Source: Podarcis erhardii
Lineage: Eukaryota
Strand: one strand, 5' to 3'
DNA: 64,000 nucleotides
NCBI GenBank assembly: GCA_964252035.1
Contig: OZ176202.1
Part shown: positions 25,313-36,862 of the stretch, piece by piece
Numbering within the stretch: position 1 is the first letter of the stretch
Layout: the number at the start of each line of letters is the position of its first letter
The notes under the pieces: generated by a model
Told to the model about the DNA's origin: nothing
The model's input: only the letters and a program-made list of their open reading frames with translations
Databases searched by the model: none
Position numbers and translations under genes: made by a program

Positions 25313-25518
25313 GGTCAGAAGAAGCTCAGTTCTATGCCTTGCGAACAGCGAAAGCTTTGGCAATGACTGCTTTGGATGTTGTTTTCAAGCCAGATCTGCT
25401 GGAAAAAGTCAGAGAAGACTTCAGACTGGTGAAACTCAAAGAGGAAGGTTACTTGAATATCCCTGAAAATGGAAAGGTGTCTGGTCTTGGTATCGGAGCA
25501 GCATGTGCATCACGTTGA
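25313..25518 (+). CDS. PM20D2: PM20D2 exon 7 (last coding exon)
   Basis: [68 protein letters not shown]; TGA at 25516-25518; exon sum 1413 nt = 470 aa. Confidence 0.96.
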
Positions 25519-27172
25519 AATAGTACAGCATATTACAAATCTAAACACAAAAGAACGTCAAATTTTTTTCCTTGGAATTCTAGGAAATGTTTAATAGCTG
25601 GAAAGATGCTTGATATTTTAAGTGGTGCAACTAAGCGACCTCAGAGTACTTTTAAAATATTGCTATTGTCTGATATCATGTAGTAGTCTTAATTTGGCAG
25701 ACAAAATGAGTGATTTCTCTGCAGTGATTGAAAATGTGCTGAATATTGCAGCTTTGCATACTTTTGGAAAAACTTTTTAAATGCTATTTACTCTGGTTGG
25801 AAAGGAATGTTGGGTTGTCTTCATAGCAGCTGTTCTCTTGCCAAGGAATAGTGAGAAGTGTTGCATGTTTAGCTTATTGTATGCAGAACCAAATGCAATC
25901 CACCAGGACAGGCTTAATATGCTTCGTAAATCTATATGTATTTGAACTGAAGATACCAAAGGTTAGGTGATGGTTGTTCAAGATGTGCCTAGACTTTCAC
26001 ATTAGAATGGTTTTTCACTCAGTATCTCACGGTCTTTGGTAGCTCAACACTTGAACATACCACACTTTCCTTTTTTGGCCATCTAAATTTTTCTAGAAGG
26101 ACTATCCTTGTAATCACTTGATGTTTATAGGTGGTCTCCTGACCTCTTGTTCTGCACAATTTCCAAACACTGTGTATCCTTTAGTAGTTTTGTGCATAGT
26201 ATAGAATTATACAGCATACAGATACACCAGAAGAAAATAACTTTATAAATGAGTGTCCAGGAATAGCTTTTAAAATGAAACCCAAAACTGAGTTTCTTGT
26301 GAAAATTCTTCCTATTTGACACAAATTAAGCAATCACATTGAAGGAGAAGTTAAAGCAGTAGGTAGGGGGTTTGTTTGTTTTTAAGGGTACTGTACAGAA
26401 TCAAAGAAATACTTGTGCAAACCTGGTACATGAACCCTGCTTTACTGTCTTATTTATGCATAGCTGCATTTTGAAAATGAATGGCTCCAGTCCATTAATG
26501 TAGCTGCTGTACAAAGCAGATTGGTAGAACTTATGTTTCAAATTCATTTTCCTTTCTGAAATAGAATTGTCTATAATTTTGTCAGTTTCGCCACCAGTTA
26601 ATCCCCAGCACCCAAGATGTGTACATTGATGACAGAGATGAGTTGAGGAAAGGGGTGATGAATCCTATGGATGTTCAAGTTGATACCCAAGTATTTTGGG
26701 TGAGCCTCAAATGCATTTGTAAAGGCTAAATGTTGCCATTGTGAGTTGGGTCAGCAGTAGTGGACTGTTTGGGGGCTTGTATGTTGTCTTTTGAGGCAGA
26801 GAAAATAGATGTGCTTTTTTCTTCTGCGGAACAAGCAAAAGATGGTGAGAATGTGAATTCTGGGGGCCTTTGGCAGGTAAAAGGTACTTCTCCTGTAGGG
26901 GAGGAATGTGATCCTGTATGGGTTGTCTCTGCCCCTCTCTCTACTGGTAGGAAGGAAAACTTTTTTAGAGAATATACCTGGGGCAGGGACAATCTCCTAT
27001 CTCCATTTCCTGCCAACTCCACTGCAGATCATCAGTCAGCTGCCCAAGGTATAGCAAAAGAGAAGTGGCAGGAACTCTTGGAAGGGATTTTCCTTTGTTC
27101 TTTGTTCTATTCCTACTGGAGTAGCTGGACCTGACATTCGGAGCCATTTTAGACAACTCACAAGTACTAACT

Positions 27173-27405
27173 TGTGTGGTGTAGTGGTTAAGAGCGGTAT
27201 ACTCATAATCTGGTGAACCAGGTTTGCTTCCCCGCTCCTCCACATGCAGCTGCTGGGTGACCTTGGGCCAGTCACACTTCTTTGAAGTCTCTCAGCCCCA
27301 CTCACCTCACAGAGTGTTTGTTGTGGGGGAGGAAGGGAAAGGAGAATGTTAGCCCCTTTGAGACTCCTTTGGGTAGTGATAAAGCGGGATATCAAATCCA
27401 AACTC
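27173..27405 (+). mobile_element. Squam3-like (Ther1/MIR-derived) SINE, near full length
   Basis: TGTGGTGTAGTGGTTAAGAGC head, GCTGGGTGACCTTGGGCCAGTCAC CORE, GCGGGATATCAAATCCAAACTC tail; apparent TSD CTAACT (27167-27172, 27406-27411). Confidence 0.85.
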
Positions 27406-27506
27406 CTAACTAGGCTGTCTAGATTATTCTTTGCCTATGATAAGATCAGCTGTCTTCTAATCAAGCTTGTCTTTGTATTTGGCATATATTAATCTACACA
27501 CCAAAA

Positions 27507-27604
27507 TTGACTTGAAGTACAATCCTTTGCATGTCTATGCAGAAGTGACTCCCATTCAGTTCAATGGGGTTTACTCCCAGGAAAATGCTGCAGGATTGTA
27601 GCCA
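27507..27604. repeat. ~90-bp semi-palindromic squamate interspersed repeat (other copies near 6300, 22015, 36555, 59350, 62005)
   Basis: CAATCCT...CAGAAGTGACTCCCATTCAGTTCAATGGGGTTTACTCCCAGG...AGGATTGTAGC pattern recurs across the window. Confidence 0.6.
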
Positions 27605-29553
27605 TAATTATGTGACACACCACTGCCTAAGCTGCATTAGTGGTATCATAACGCACCACTGCCTGTTACTTAAACTAATAGTAGATAAACATATCTTATG
27701 CTGAAAGAAAACACTAATTTCCTGTCCTCTTAAGCATAATGTGAAATTTCCTTTGTAAGTGTTGTAGGGAGCAAACTCTGCACAGAATTTTATATTCTAG
27801 AACAATATAAATGCTGTCTTTATGCCCGCTTGTTTGCCTAAACAATATTCTCTTTGAGGGTCAAATACTTCCATTATTATGTTATTATTTATTTTTTTGT
27901 CTTGCCTTTCTTCTCAATTTTTACCTGTAAGTTGGTCCAGTAAAAAAAGGCTATTCACATTTTGCTGAGTCGGTTACAAAAGCTCTACTGGTTTAAATGA
28001 ATATATTACATTATTTTTATTCATAAACAGAAAGAATTGTAGCAAGTTTAGCAGAACTTAAGGTATATGCATTTCTGACTGAAGCGCACACATGCTCAAA
28101 TGCACAAATCTATCTAGGGAGAAACAGAGATGTATATTTTGTACATCACCTGTAGAAACTGTTCTGAAGACAACATTTTGAGCTGCACATTTGAATGTTG
28201 GAATGTTTTGCAGCAAATTAACCTCCATTAGCAAGCACTGGAAGACCGTGTTAGGAAATTAACCACAGCACTTATTTTTTCCCACCACCACCAGTGCTGT
28301 AAGAAGAGAACGTACCAACGTACAGCTGTTTCCCCAAATGTTGCACTGTCCTAACTTGCCAGGGAACAGAAATCATACACAGCTGAATCATGCCTAAGTT
28401 AGTAGGCATAGCAAATTTCAGTATGCATAACTGTATCAAACTTATGCTTCAATACTTTGATCCTGTTAACAGTTGGGTCAACTTCAAAAGAAAATATTAA
28501 TCTTACCATGCTGTATTTAGTATTCCAACTTCTTTCATCCAATTAAACACAGTTTTTGCAATAACTCTTCACCTTTTCAGAAGAGGGGGAAAGGCTCTGG
28601 AAGGTTGTTTTTCCCTCTAGTAAGCAAGGGCAAGTTGTCCTCAGTGGGATTTGGAGCTGATCAGTACTTGCACTGAAAGGATCAGTGTCTCTTAAGGGTC
28701 TTGTTATGTCTCCTCATTCAACTGTGTAAGCTTTGCTTCTGAAAACATTAGTACCAAAGGTGAACTCGATATTTTATTGAGCTCAGGGTTATTTCTGCTC
28801 CAACCATATAGCTCTGCAAGTTGCTGCCTAAGCAGGATGCGAGCAAGATACATTGACTGGCTTCTATTTTCTTGGAGAATGCTGCATATTTCTGATAGTC
28901 TTTTAAAAACCTGGCAAAGACTCCTGTTATAGCTTCATAACTTGCTAAAATTGCAAACTCAAAAGGGTTGGATCCAGGTGTGCCACTTGACATGAACAGA
29001 CTGGAACTAACCCAAAGGTTGCAAGACAGCATGGTTAATGTTGTTATGGACCCATTGGTCTTGGATTGTTGCTCTGAGTGTTCTGTAATGAAAACTTGCT
29101 TAGGTGGCAACCGCTGAACAGTGTCATGGGCATTATTTCAATATTTTGCTTACTATTCCAAACTTGATTCCTTAGCAGAGGCCTACTTTGCACGGAGATT
29201 TTGGCTGAGACTTAGTGGTAGAAGCCATCCCAACCATACTGTATTCCTTATCTGAACATGAAAGAAAAGAGGGAAATTGATTTATTGTGAATTCCTGTGT
29301 TTCTTACATGGTTTTTAATATCACAGTTTTAATTTTGTTTTTTTTTTAAAATATATGCATAAATGTTATTTGACAGATCAAACAGCTGGAATCTTGCTAC
29401 TGTCCTGGGAGAGTACAATTTACCTTTTTTCCGTTTACAAAGCACAATCCAGTGAGAAAAAACAATCAAGCTGTAAGCCACATGGATTGCGCAGCAGTTG
29501 CTTTAAAGCTCAAGTGTCAGGAAAAGATCTAGTCTAAGCATAAGGCTACCTGG

Positions 29554-29718
29554 GTTTCCGGCCAGTCCCATGATCATTGACGGTTATTCTTCATAGCCCT
29601 CCGGGGGCTGCAAGGAAGTTCAGGCAGGGGAAGGAGAGGATTTATGCAATTGTATTAAATTATAGTAATTTTGTTTGATTTGTAATAATTTGGAAAATGA
29701 TAAAAATAATACGATAAA
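29554..29718 (+). mobile_element. 5'-truncated non-LTR retroelement (L1/Tx1-like 3' end), 165 bp
   Basis: Perfect 15-bp TSD CATAAGGCTACCTGG (29539-29553, 29719-29733); A-rich 3' end. Confidence 0.75.
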
Positions 29719-30902
29719 CATAAGGCTACCTGGAACCATTTATGCAGCCGCACTCTCATATTAAAAGGGTCTTCTTGAATGTGAGGCTATCCATGCGCAG
29801 CATTAGCATGCCATGCCATGCCAGCAACCAATGATCAGAGAGGAAGTGCTTTGCATAGGCCTCTGGCACGGATCATTGCTGCATGGAGCACCTGTAGGGA
29901 TATACGATTTCCATGTGACCATGTGGCATGTTGAAATTGTGGGTTAGAGACTGTATCTGAGGTGGTTGAACTTTATGTCTTTTCTTTGTAAGATCAGACG
30001 GGTTGGTGTTTGATTTCTTTTGTGTGCGGGTGAGTTGCTAAGGCAGTAAGTCCCATTGGTTTATAATTTCAGAACGCCTTGTCCAGTAACGTTAGTTTTG
30101 TTAGTAGGCCATTGTTTATTTCTGTTAATAACGCTGAGGCTTTCTTTACAGTTCTGATTCAGCAGTTATGCAGTGATTCTGTATGCCAGGTTGGACAGAC
30201 TTTTTGCCAAGTAAGCCATAAGTAAAGTCTGAAGCGTGAGTGCCATTTTTGTGTATTCCACAGGACGTATACGGCTCCCCCTTACTAAGAGGTGGCTTTT
30301 CGTCTAATGCACCAAACTAGATAGTGTGCGCTTCATCACTAGTGCCATCTGTGGCCTCTTACACAATGCACTGCTAAATCCTAGAGTTTTGCACTTTTGC
30401 TGTAACCTGAATTAACAAGAAAAGGCAACTTTTTCACTGCTTCCTTAAATAGAATGCAACTTTACAGTAGACAACAGTTATTCTTGGATCTTAAGTAGGA
30501 CAAGGACACCAGACAAACATTTTAGTCAACATTACTTTTAGGCTACAAAGCTGTTGTAAAGGCATATTTGCTTTTTAGTGTCTTGGCTATTGCTGCTGCA
30601 CCAAATCTTGTATGCTGTTGAATCTATATATTCAGTTTTGAAGAATGAAGAGCCTGCAACAGCAGGTTGGTAAAAATGTATATGTAGCTGGGATGGTGAA
30701 TTTACTTGAACAAATGTAACAGCAAACATGCACAAGTATATCTCAAGAGTTTGTGGTTTTCCTTTTTTTCCTTTTTTTATACCTTCTAAGGGTTATCTTT
30801 GCAAGTGTCATGTTTTGCAGTGAATTCAGGTATTTGAGGAAAAGATACATTCAGGGGCTGAAGCAGCTTCCTGTGCCATCTGTACACAGAATGTTTTGTT
30901 TG

Positions 30903-31111
30903 AATAAAAACTTGAGCTACACTATAAACTATTGCTATAAAAGTACTTTTGCTAAACGTGTTTTATGATTTTCTAGTGAGCCACTGTTGATGCTATCACT
31001 TGGTTTTGTACATTCAGCTTTCTTGGTATGCTGTGTGTAAGTACATTCTGGATTGTAAGAATAAAATTGACTTGCACATTATATTGTGTTTCTCAGGTAT
31101 ATCCTAATAAA
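30903..31111 (+). terminator. cluster of three AATAAA signals, candidate PM20D2 distal poly(A) region
   Basis: AATAAA at 30903, 31060 and 31106, preceded by U/UGUA-rich UTR-like sequence; the first canonical hexamers I found after the stop codon. Confidence 0.45.
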
Positions 31112-31934
31112 CAAATACGCTACTTAAACATAGGAAGAGCCTGGTTAAAGTTAACGAAGACTGCTCATTGTGATAGTTTGGCTGAAGCTGAGAAATTGAG
31201 TCCCAGAGAATGCAAAACTATAGGAACTTTAAGGGACAAAACGGAAAAAGTAAGATAAAATAACACTCTTTGGGGATTATGCCTGTGATGTTGGTTTGAG
31301 AGCATCATTTAATCAGGCAGGGCAGCTTGCCAAAGAAACGAATTTGCAATAATTTATTAAATACTCAGCAGCATTCCACATTGTCAAAGGTTACCTGCTG
31401 TCAGCTGAATAACCCATAAAGGCAAGAAGATTTATGCAGCTGTATCTTTTTTAAATGTTGAATATTTACCCCCTCTTAATAATTGCTAGAGGCTGCTTAC
31501 AAGGGAACTCATAAAACAGACCATCAGAATAGAGATTGTCAACAAAACTAACAGTAAATGTCTATCTACGAAGTAGCACCACGTGATGATTTAGATGTCA
31601 CATCAGATAGTAATAAGGCTCCCAGCGGTTTACAGAAACTTGCAAAAAGAGGACTTCCAGAGCTTTCTAAATCTCTGTTGAGGAAGCACATTATGCCTTA
31701 CATTAAGGCTATTTCATTCATTTATTTGTCATTTAACTTCTCTGGGTGAAAGTTTAAAATAATCTAAAAGCATAAACGGTATGCTCCATTTTGAAACAGG
31801 CTGGAAACTGCCAAATAACGGAGTATAAATCTCTAGAAATGCAGCAACACACCCCTACTTGGCTGATCATCCTTCACTAAATCCTCTAAGGCCTACAGTA
31901 CGAATTTTTCAACTGAGCAGCTCAACATACTCTG

Positions 31935-31970
31935 TGTTGTTGTTGTTGTTGTTGTTTTGTTGTTGTTGTT
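31935..31970. repeat. imperfect (TTG)n microsatellite
   Basis: Trinucleotide run with one interruption. Confidence 0.9.
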
Positions 31971-34503
31971 TTTTGTAGCCAGAATGCGCAAGAGGGCAGT
32001 TCTGGCACCTCTCAGGTGGGTGCCATTGTGTGCTGGCATGTCCCTGCCTGCTTCTTGCCTTTACCCACTTCTGAGAAGTGCAAAACAAACATTTCAGGTT
32101 AAAATGGAAGGTGGCCAGCATGTGCGAGTCTACACTTTTTTTTAGATCTATGCACCTAGCCCAGCCGCAATTGGTCAAGCTACGGGGCAGGGTCAATTCA
32201 TATTTCTTCAATCCATCCTTTGTGTAGCTGCAGGAGTAGACTTTAAACTTTCCAGCTAGGCCTCTACCGTTGCACACACAGACGTTTGTGCGAGGGCCCT
32301 TCTGAGCTGCCCTAGCCACCCACCTGAATCTGAAAGATCGAGGGAGGTGGGAGCGCATTTATTTGACGTGCACCAGAATCGGGTGACCCACAAACCAGGT
32401 AGGGAGACAGCTTGCCTGAAACCCTTCTAATTCCTGGATCCAGCACGGATTCAACCTTCCTGATGATGTTATGGCCTTCTAAGTATGGGCCATCAAAGTA
32501 ACAAAGGAAGTGGCTCTGTGCCAGATAACAAATGGGTAGTTAGAAAGACAAAAGACAGGGTTCAAAGTTGAGTGTGTGCGAGCTAGAAGTTAGGCTAAAG
32601 GGTCGCTGGCAAAGTTTGCTTCATGCACCCTCCCCGTTCCACCCTCGGCAAAGTGAGCCAACCGCAGAGGATAGTGGCATGCCTGAAGGAGCTGAGGCGG
32701 CAGCAGAGATGCCCCTGGTCCCACTGCTGTTGCTGCAACCACCACTGCCACCCCTCTGCTTGGGCTACTTCTGTGACTGATGCATTCATTTTCCAAGGGC
32801 AATGAGGTATGCGATGATGGTGATGATGATAGCAATTATGTGTTTCCATTAATTTAGCTCAGTGAAGCTTTCTGGGTATGTTGCTAAACTAATAAATGCA
32901 TGCTTCTTTTTCGACCTTTAAATGTCACAGAGAAATTCTGGTGCTTCTTAGTTGCCTAGTGAGCTTGAAGAAGTTAAGCTTTCTTCTTGTGTAGTGATGC
33001 CTTCAAGCTTGTCTGCCTTTGCCATTTTGACAGATGAAGTTTAAAGGTCAAATTGAAAATCTTACCTGCTCAGTCCTGAGTTCTGCAATGTATTGACCAC
33101 TTGAGATGTGTCACCAACCATTTTCAATCTTGCCTTGTGCTTTTATAGTGAGATGTTCATTCCAGCAAAAACCACCAAGAGCTTGTAATGTATTAAAATC
33201 ATTTTCAGTCTTGAACACACAACTCGGTTTGTTTATAACAGTGAACCTCTTGAGCACCTGAGATGTGCAGAAACACTGTACTGTGTTCTCTTAACATAGT
33301 TTTTATAAAAATTGCATAAAGGTGCCTAGATAATCCTTTCTTGGAGACACAATAAAGTTTTCTAACATTTCTGAACTAAAATCTGTTAGACTGTATACTT
33401 AAACTGGAAGAATTCCATAGGCCATGAAAATTTTAAAAAGACCTTTGTGATCCTGCTTGTTAAGCTATGATGCTGCATATGATCTCTCTTGCAGACTAAT
33501 TTCGATTGCTTAATAATTAGAGTATGATCAAATGTTACTTTATAAACACAATAGTTTAAATTGCATTCCTGCTTTAGAAACTGTTTTCCATGTCAATATG
33601 CCTCAATATGAGAGAGGCACAGGCAACATCCTTGGTAGCTCTGTGAAAATTCCTGTGGAACCTCTTGTAGGACATGATATCCAATGGCAGTCATACTCTG
33701 AGTAGACCCATTGAAACCAACAGCTTTAATTTAGTTAATCCATTGATTTCACTGCATCTAATCTGATTAACATTGGGTCTCACCCAGGATATTCAGTTTG
33801 GGTAAATGTTCAGTAAGTGAGTGAGTTTAATCAATGTTATTCCTAATATAACCAACATTGGGCATCCTGATAAGGAAAAAGGTGTAAGAACCTTGTAGGT
33901 CCCTGACTTTCCTTAGAGGGTGACATCAACAAGTGACTGATTAGCAATAACACACACACATGCCTGTAAGCCAAAAAAGTAGATGTTTTTACTTGAGAGG
34001 AGTCTTGATGGTAAAAGTGTACAGTACACTGTTTAGATTTGCAATTTACACTTAAATAGATAATTTTACAATATTGTATATATTTACAAACTGAAACAAA
34101 AATATTAACATGGTCCATCGTTTCTGTAATTGGAACGCAGATGTGCTCTAAAATTCCTCTTCCCATCATAGCGACACTGTTACAATATTCTGTACTTTAA
34201 AAATGCCTATCACGTATTATCTTTTGAAATAAAAGCATTTGTCACTTTGCAAATTTTCATTCTTCCCTCTCCCCACTTTTTATTGTTTTGATTGACCATG
34301 ATGGCCATTTTGAGGCCTGATGAAACTGACAGTTCAGCAGAGATTTCCACTTAGGTCTCAGTATAATAAATCGGAGAGTGCATTGTGTGAATTTCATGTA
34401 ACAGGAGTATCGAACAGTCTCTATTGTCACATTTTCTTGATGGACATTAATTTCATACAGTTAACACATGTCCCACCCACATGGAAACTGGCTAAAGAAA
34501 TAA

Positions 34504-34794
34504 CTATGAAAAAATGGACCAGTATATCAGGTTAAATAAAATGTATGCACCTGGAAATATTATTCTGGAATACTTGTCAATGGCATGTGTATCAATCCTC
34601 ATGCTGCTGTATCTCTGGTTTTTCCTCCTGCTTGAATTCCTTTCTGAGCCAAGTGCCAGCTGAACCATCATTCGGTCTTGTTTATCTCCATTTTCAGACA
34701 CATACTGTCCCAGTTCATTCACCTCCCCGTCACTATAGCTGCCATCCATCCCCATCAGTTGCCTTGACTGAGGTAGTGTACAAGTGCAAGGAAG
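34504..34794 (-). CDS. GABRR1: GABRR1 exon 10 (M3-M4 loop, TM4, stop)
   Basis: LPCTCTLPQ...DGSYSDGEVN...RIDTHAIDKYSRIIFPGAYILFNLIYWSIFS*; 291 nt; acceptor CTACAG|. Confidence 0.97.
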   Translation of the reverse strand, partial: LPCTCTLPQSRQLMGMDGSYSDGEVNELGQYVSENGDKQDRMMVQLALGSERNSSRRKNQRYSSMRIDTHAIDKYSRIIFPGAYILFNLIYWSIFS

Positions 34795-35076
34795 CTGTAG
34801 AGGAAAGAAGGAAGATAGTTGTACTCGGGGAAAACTGGCAGTTGACATATTGGAGTGGAGCAATAATGCAGCCTTAAGCTGTTGCTTCTGTCACAAATCC
34901 ATAGGTGAGGACTCATCTCATCTAACCACAGTTTCTCTTATCTGGCTATGATTTCCTGCATTATTAGTAGCCAGGATAGCTGATATAAAGGTAAATTTGT
35001 GAAAATACACCATACTAGATTTTGAGTTGGGTCTTCCAAATGGTGAGCAGATACATGCTTGCAGAATGGGACCCTC

Positions 35077-35119
<43 letters not shown>
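35077..35119. repeat. (TAT)~14 microsatellite, probably a retroelement tail
   Basis: Pure trinucleotide run between two LINE/SINE-tail-like fragments. Confidence 0.9.
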
Positions 35120-35449
35120 TATTAGAATTAATATACCGCCCTATACTCTAATGCAGCTGAGGAAAGGGTGGAAATTGGGGCACCTCCCCACTTTTGCAAG
35201 TGCTTTTCTGTTAATAGAGGGCACCATGGAACCAAGCCACATTGAGGCTCATTCTATCCAATATGAGATAGTGTGCTTGTGTAGGCTGTATAGCATGAGC
35301 ATTAAAATTCATGTGAAGAAACTAATGGTTTTTCCAGACCATCCTTCCTATAGTGAGTGCAGTGTTCATCGCTGTGCCAAGACAGCTGGGAAAAATGTGA
35401 TTTCCATACTAGGAAATGAATTGAAAACTAGTGGGAGCCCACCAAATTG

Positions 35450-35682
35450 AATGAGTTTAAAAGAAGATTAGACAAATTCTATAAACAGCTACCAGCCACA
35501 ATGGCTATGTTTCACCTCCACTGTCAGAGGCAACATGCCTCTGAATGCCAGCTGCTGGTAATCACTAGTGGGGAGAGTGCTGTTGCAGTCAGGTTCGGTT
35601 TTGGGGCTTTCCACAGGCATCTCGGCCACTGTGATAACAGGATGCTGGCTATTAACCTGATCTAGCAGGCTGCTCTTAACAT
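35450..35682 (+). mobile_element. CR1 LINE 3' end (degenerate)
   Basis: TTTAAAAGAAGATTAGACAAATT...GGCCACTGTGATAACAGGATGCTGG...CCTGATCTAGCAGGCTGCTCTT. Confidence 0.75.
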
Positions 35683-36083
35683 GGAAACATTCAGAGGTGG
35701 CATAGTGAGCTGCACCATTTTTACCTTTTTAAAAAAAGTTAATATTTGGGCATCTCGTTGCATGTGTAGATCCAACCCAAGTAAAAAAATAAATAAATGG
35801 TTTGAACATACCCTTGGGTAGAACACAGTTTTACTGTTAGACCCCCATTGTGTGTGTCTGTCTGTCTGTCTGATTCATCTTTAGAATCTACACAGCCAGT
35901 GCTGGTTTTCCAGGGGGTACTCAAGGGTACGCAGTACAGACACCTCTTTTTTTGTTGTTAAAAAGTGTGGCACTTACTGTAATAACTTCATGGTGAGTAC
36001 CAGCACCTATTTTTCTAGGGGGGGGGGGAAAGCACCGTACACAGCCATTTTATCTGCACAGCACCAAATGAAGTTACATTTAC

Positions 36084-36280
36084 CTTGTCTCGCAGCTTCC
36101 GTTCCTTTCGCTCTTGCACTGTAGTCAAGTAGTTTACTGCTGCGTACTCTAACACCGAAAGGAAGACGAACACAAAACTGACCCAGAGGTAAATGTCCAC
36201 AGCTTTGATGTAGGAAACCCGAGGCATGGAGGCATTGACGCCCGTGATGATGGTAGACATGGTCAGCACCGTCGTGATCC
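36084..36280 (-). CDS. GABRR1: GABRR1 exon 9 (TM2, TM3)
   Basis: [66 protein letters not shown]; 197 nt; CAG| and AAG|GTAAAT. Confidence 0.98.
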
Positions 36281-36598
36281 CTGGAGACATACAATAATCC
36301 GTTTGGAGATGTCATTTTGGTGACAAGTTGGCTTTGTTTACCCTAAACAGAGGGCCAAGTGTTTCATTAAGAAATGAAATGCTAGCTTGAGGTGGGCTGC
36401 TCTACCTTCTTTGAATGGTGTGCTATCATCTTCCATGCTGTCACCTTTCTCTGGTTGTGGCCTGGTGCAAATTCTGTGCTGGATTGCATGAGCTGATGCA
36501 TGGATGACCTGTGGGCTGATGGTACAGCCCTTGGACACAGATTTAGACCAAGGCTGCAGTCCTAAACATATTCACTAGGGAGTAAACTGCACTGAAAA

Positions 36599-36862
36599 TG
36601 TTAAGTTGTGGGGGAACATATCAGATGACACAACGATTCTTCAAACAGCTCTTGTTTATTCACAAGCCAGAACAGAACTGAGCTGAATGGTTCAGCCAGT
36701 CTGCTTATATAGAGCTCCACTACAAGGCAACAGTAACCACTTTCTGTAACTATCCAATCACTGAATGTCACTTTCAATCCCTTATTTGCATATGTGGACC
36801 TGAGTGAAAACTATCTAGAATATCCCCCTGCTGGCCCATGGTGAGAACTTCAGTACATAACA
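36599..36862 (-). mobile_element. solo LTR (Copia/Gypsy type), 264 bp
   Basis: TGTTA...TAACA termini; 5-bp TSD GAAAA/GAAAG; on minus: octamer (36784-36791), CCAAT box (36754-36758), TATATAAG (36704-36711), AATAAA (36655-36660) in U3-R order. Confidence 0.85.

Noticed and set aside
27173-27240. tRNA-like sequences (also at 549, 10900, 43230 and 47870)
   Set aside because: They continue into SINE bodies and lack an intact cloverleaf and consensus B-box, so they are not tRNA genes.
28748-29110. 120-aa minus ORF with protein-like composition
   Set aside because: No recognisable family, no splice structure, non-ATG start.
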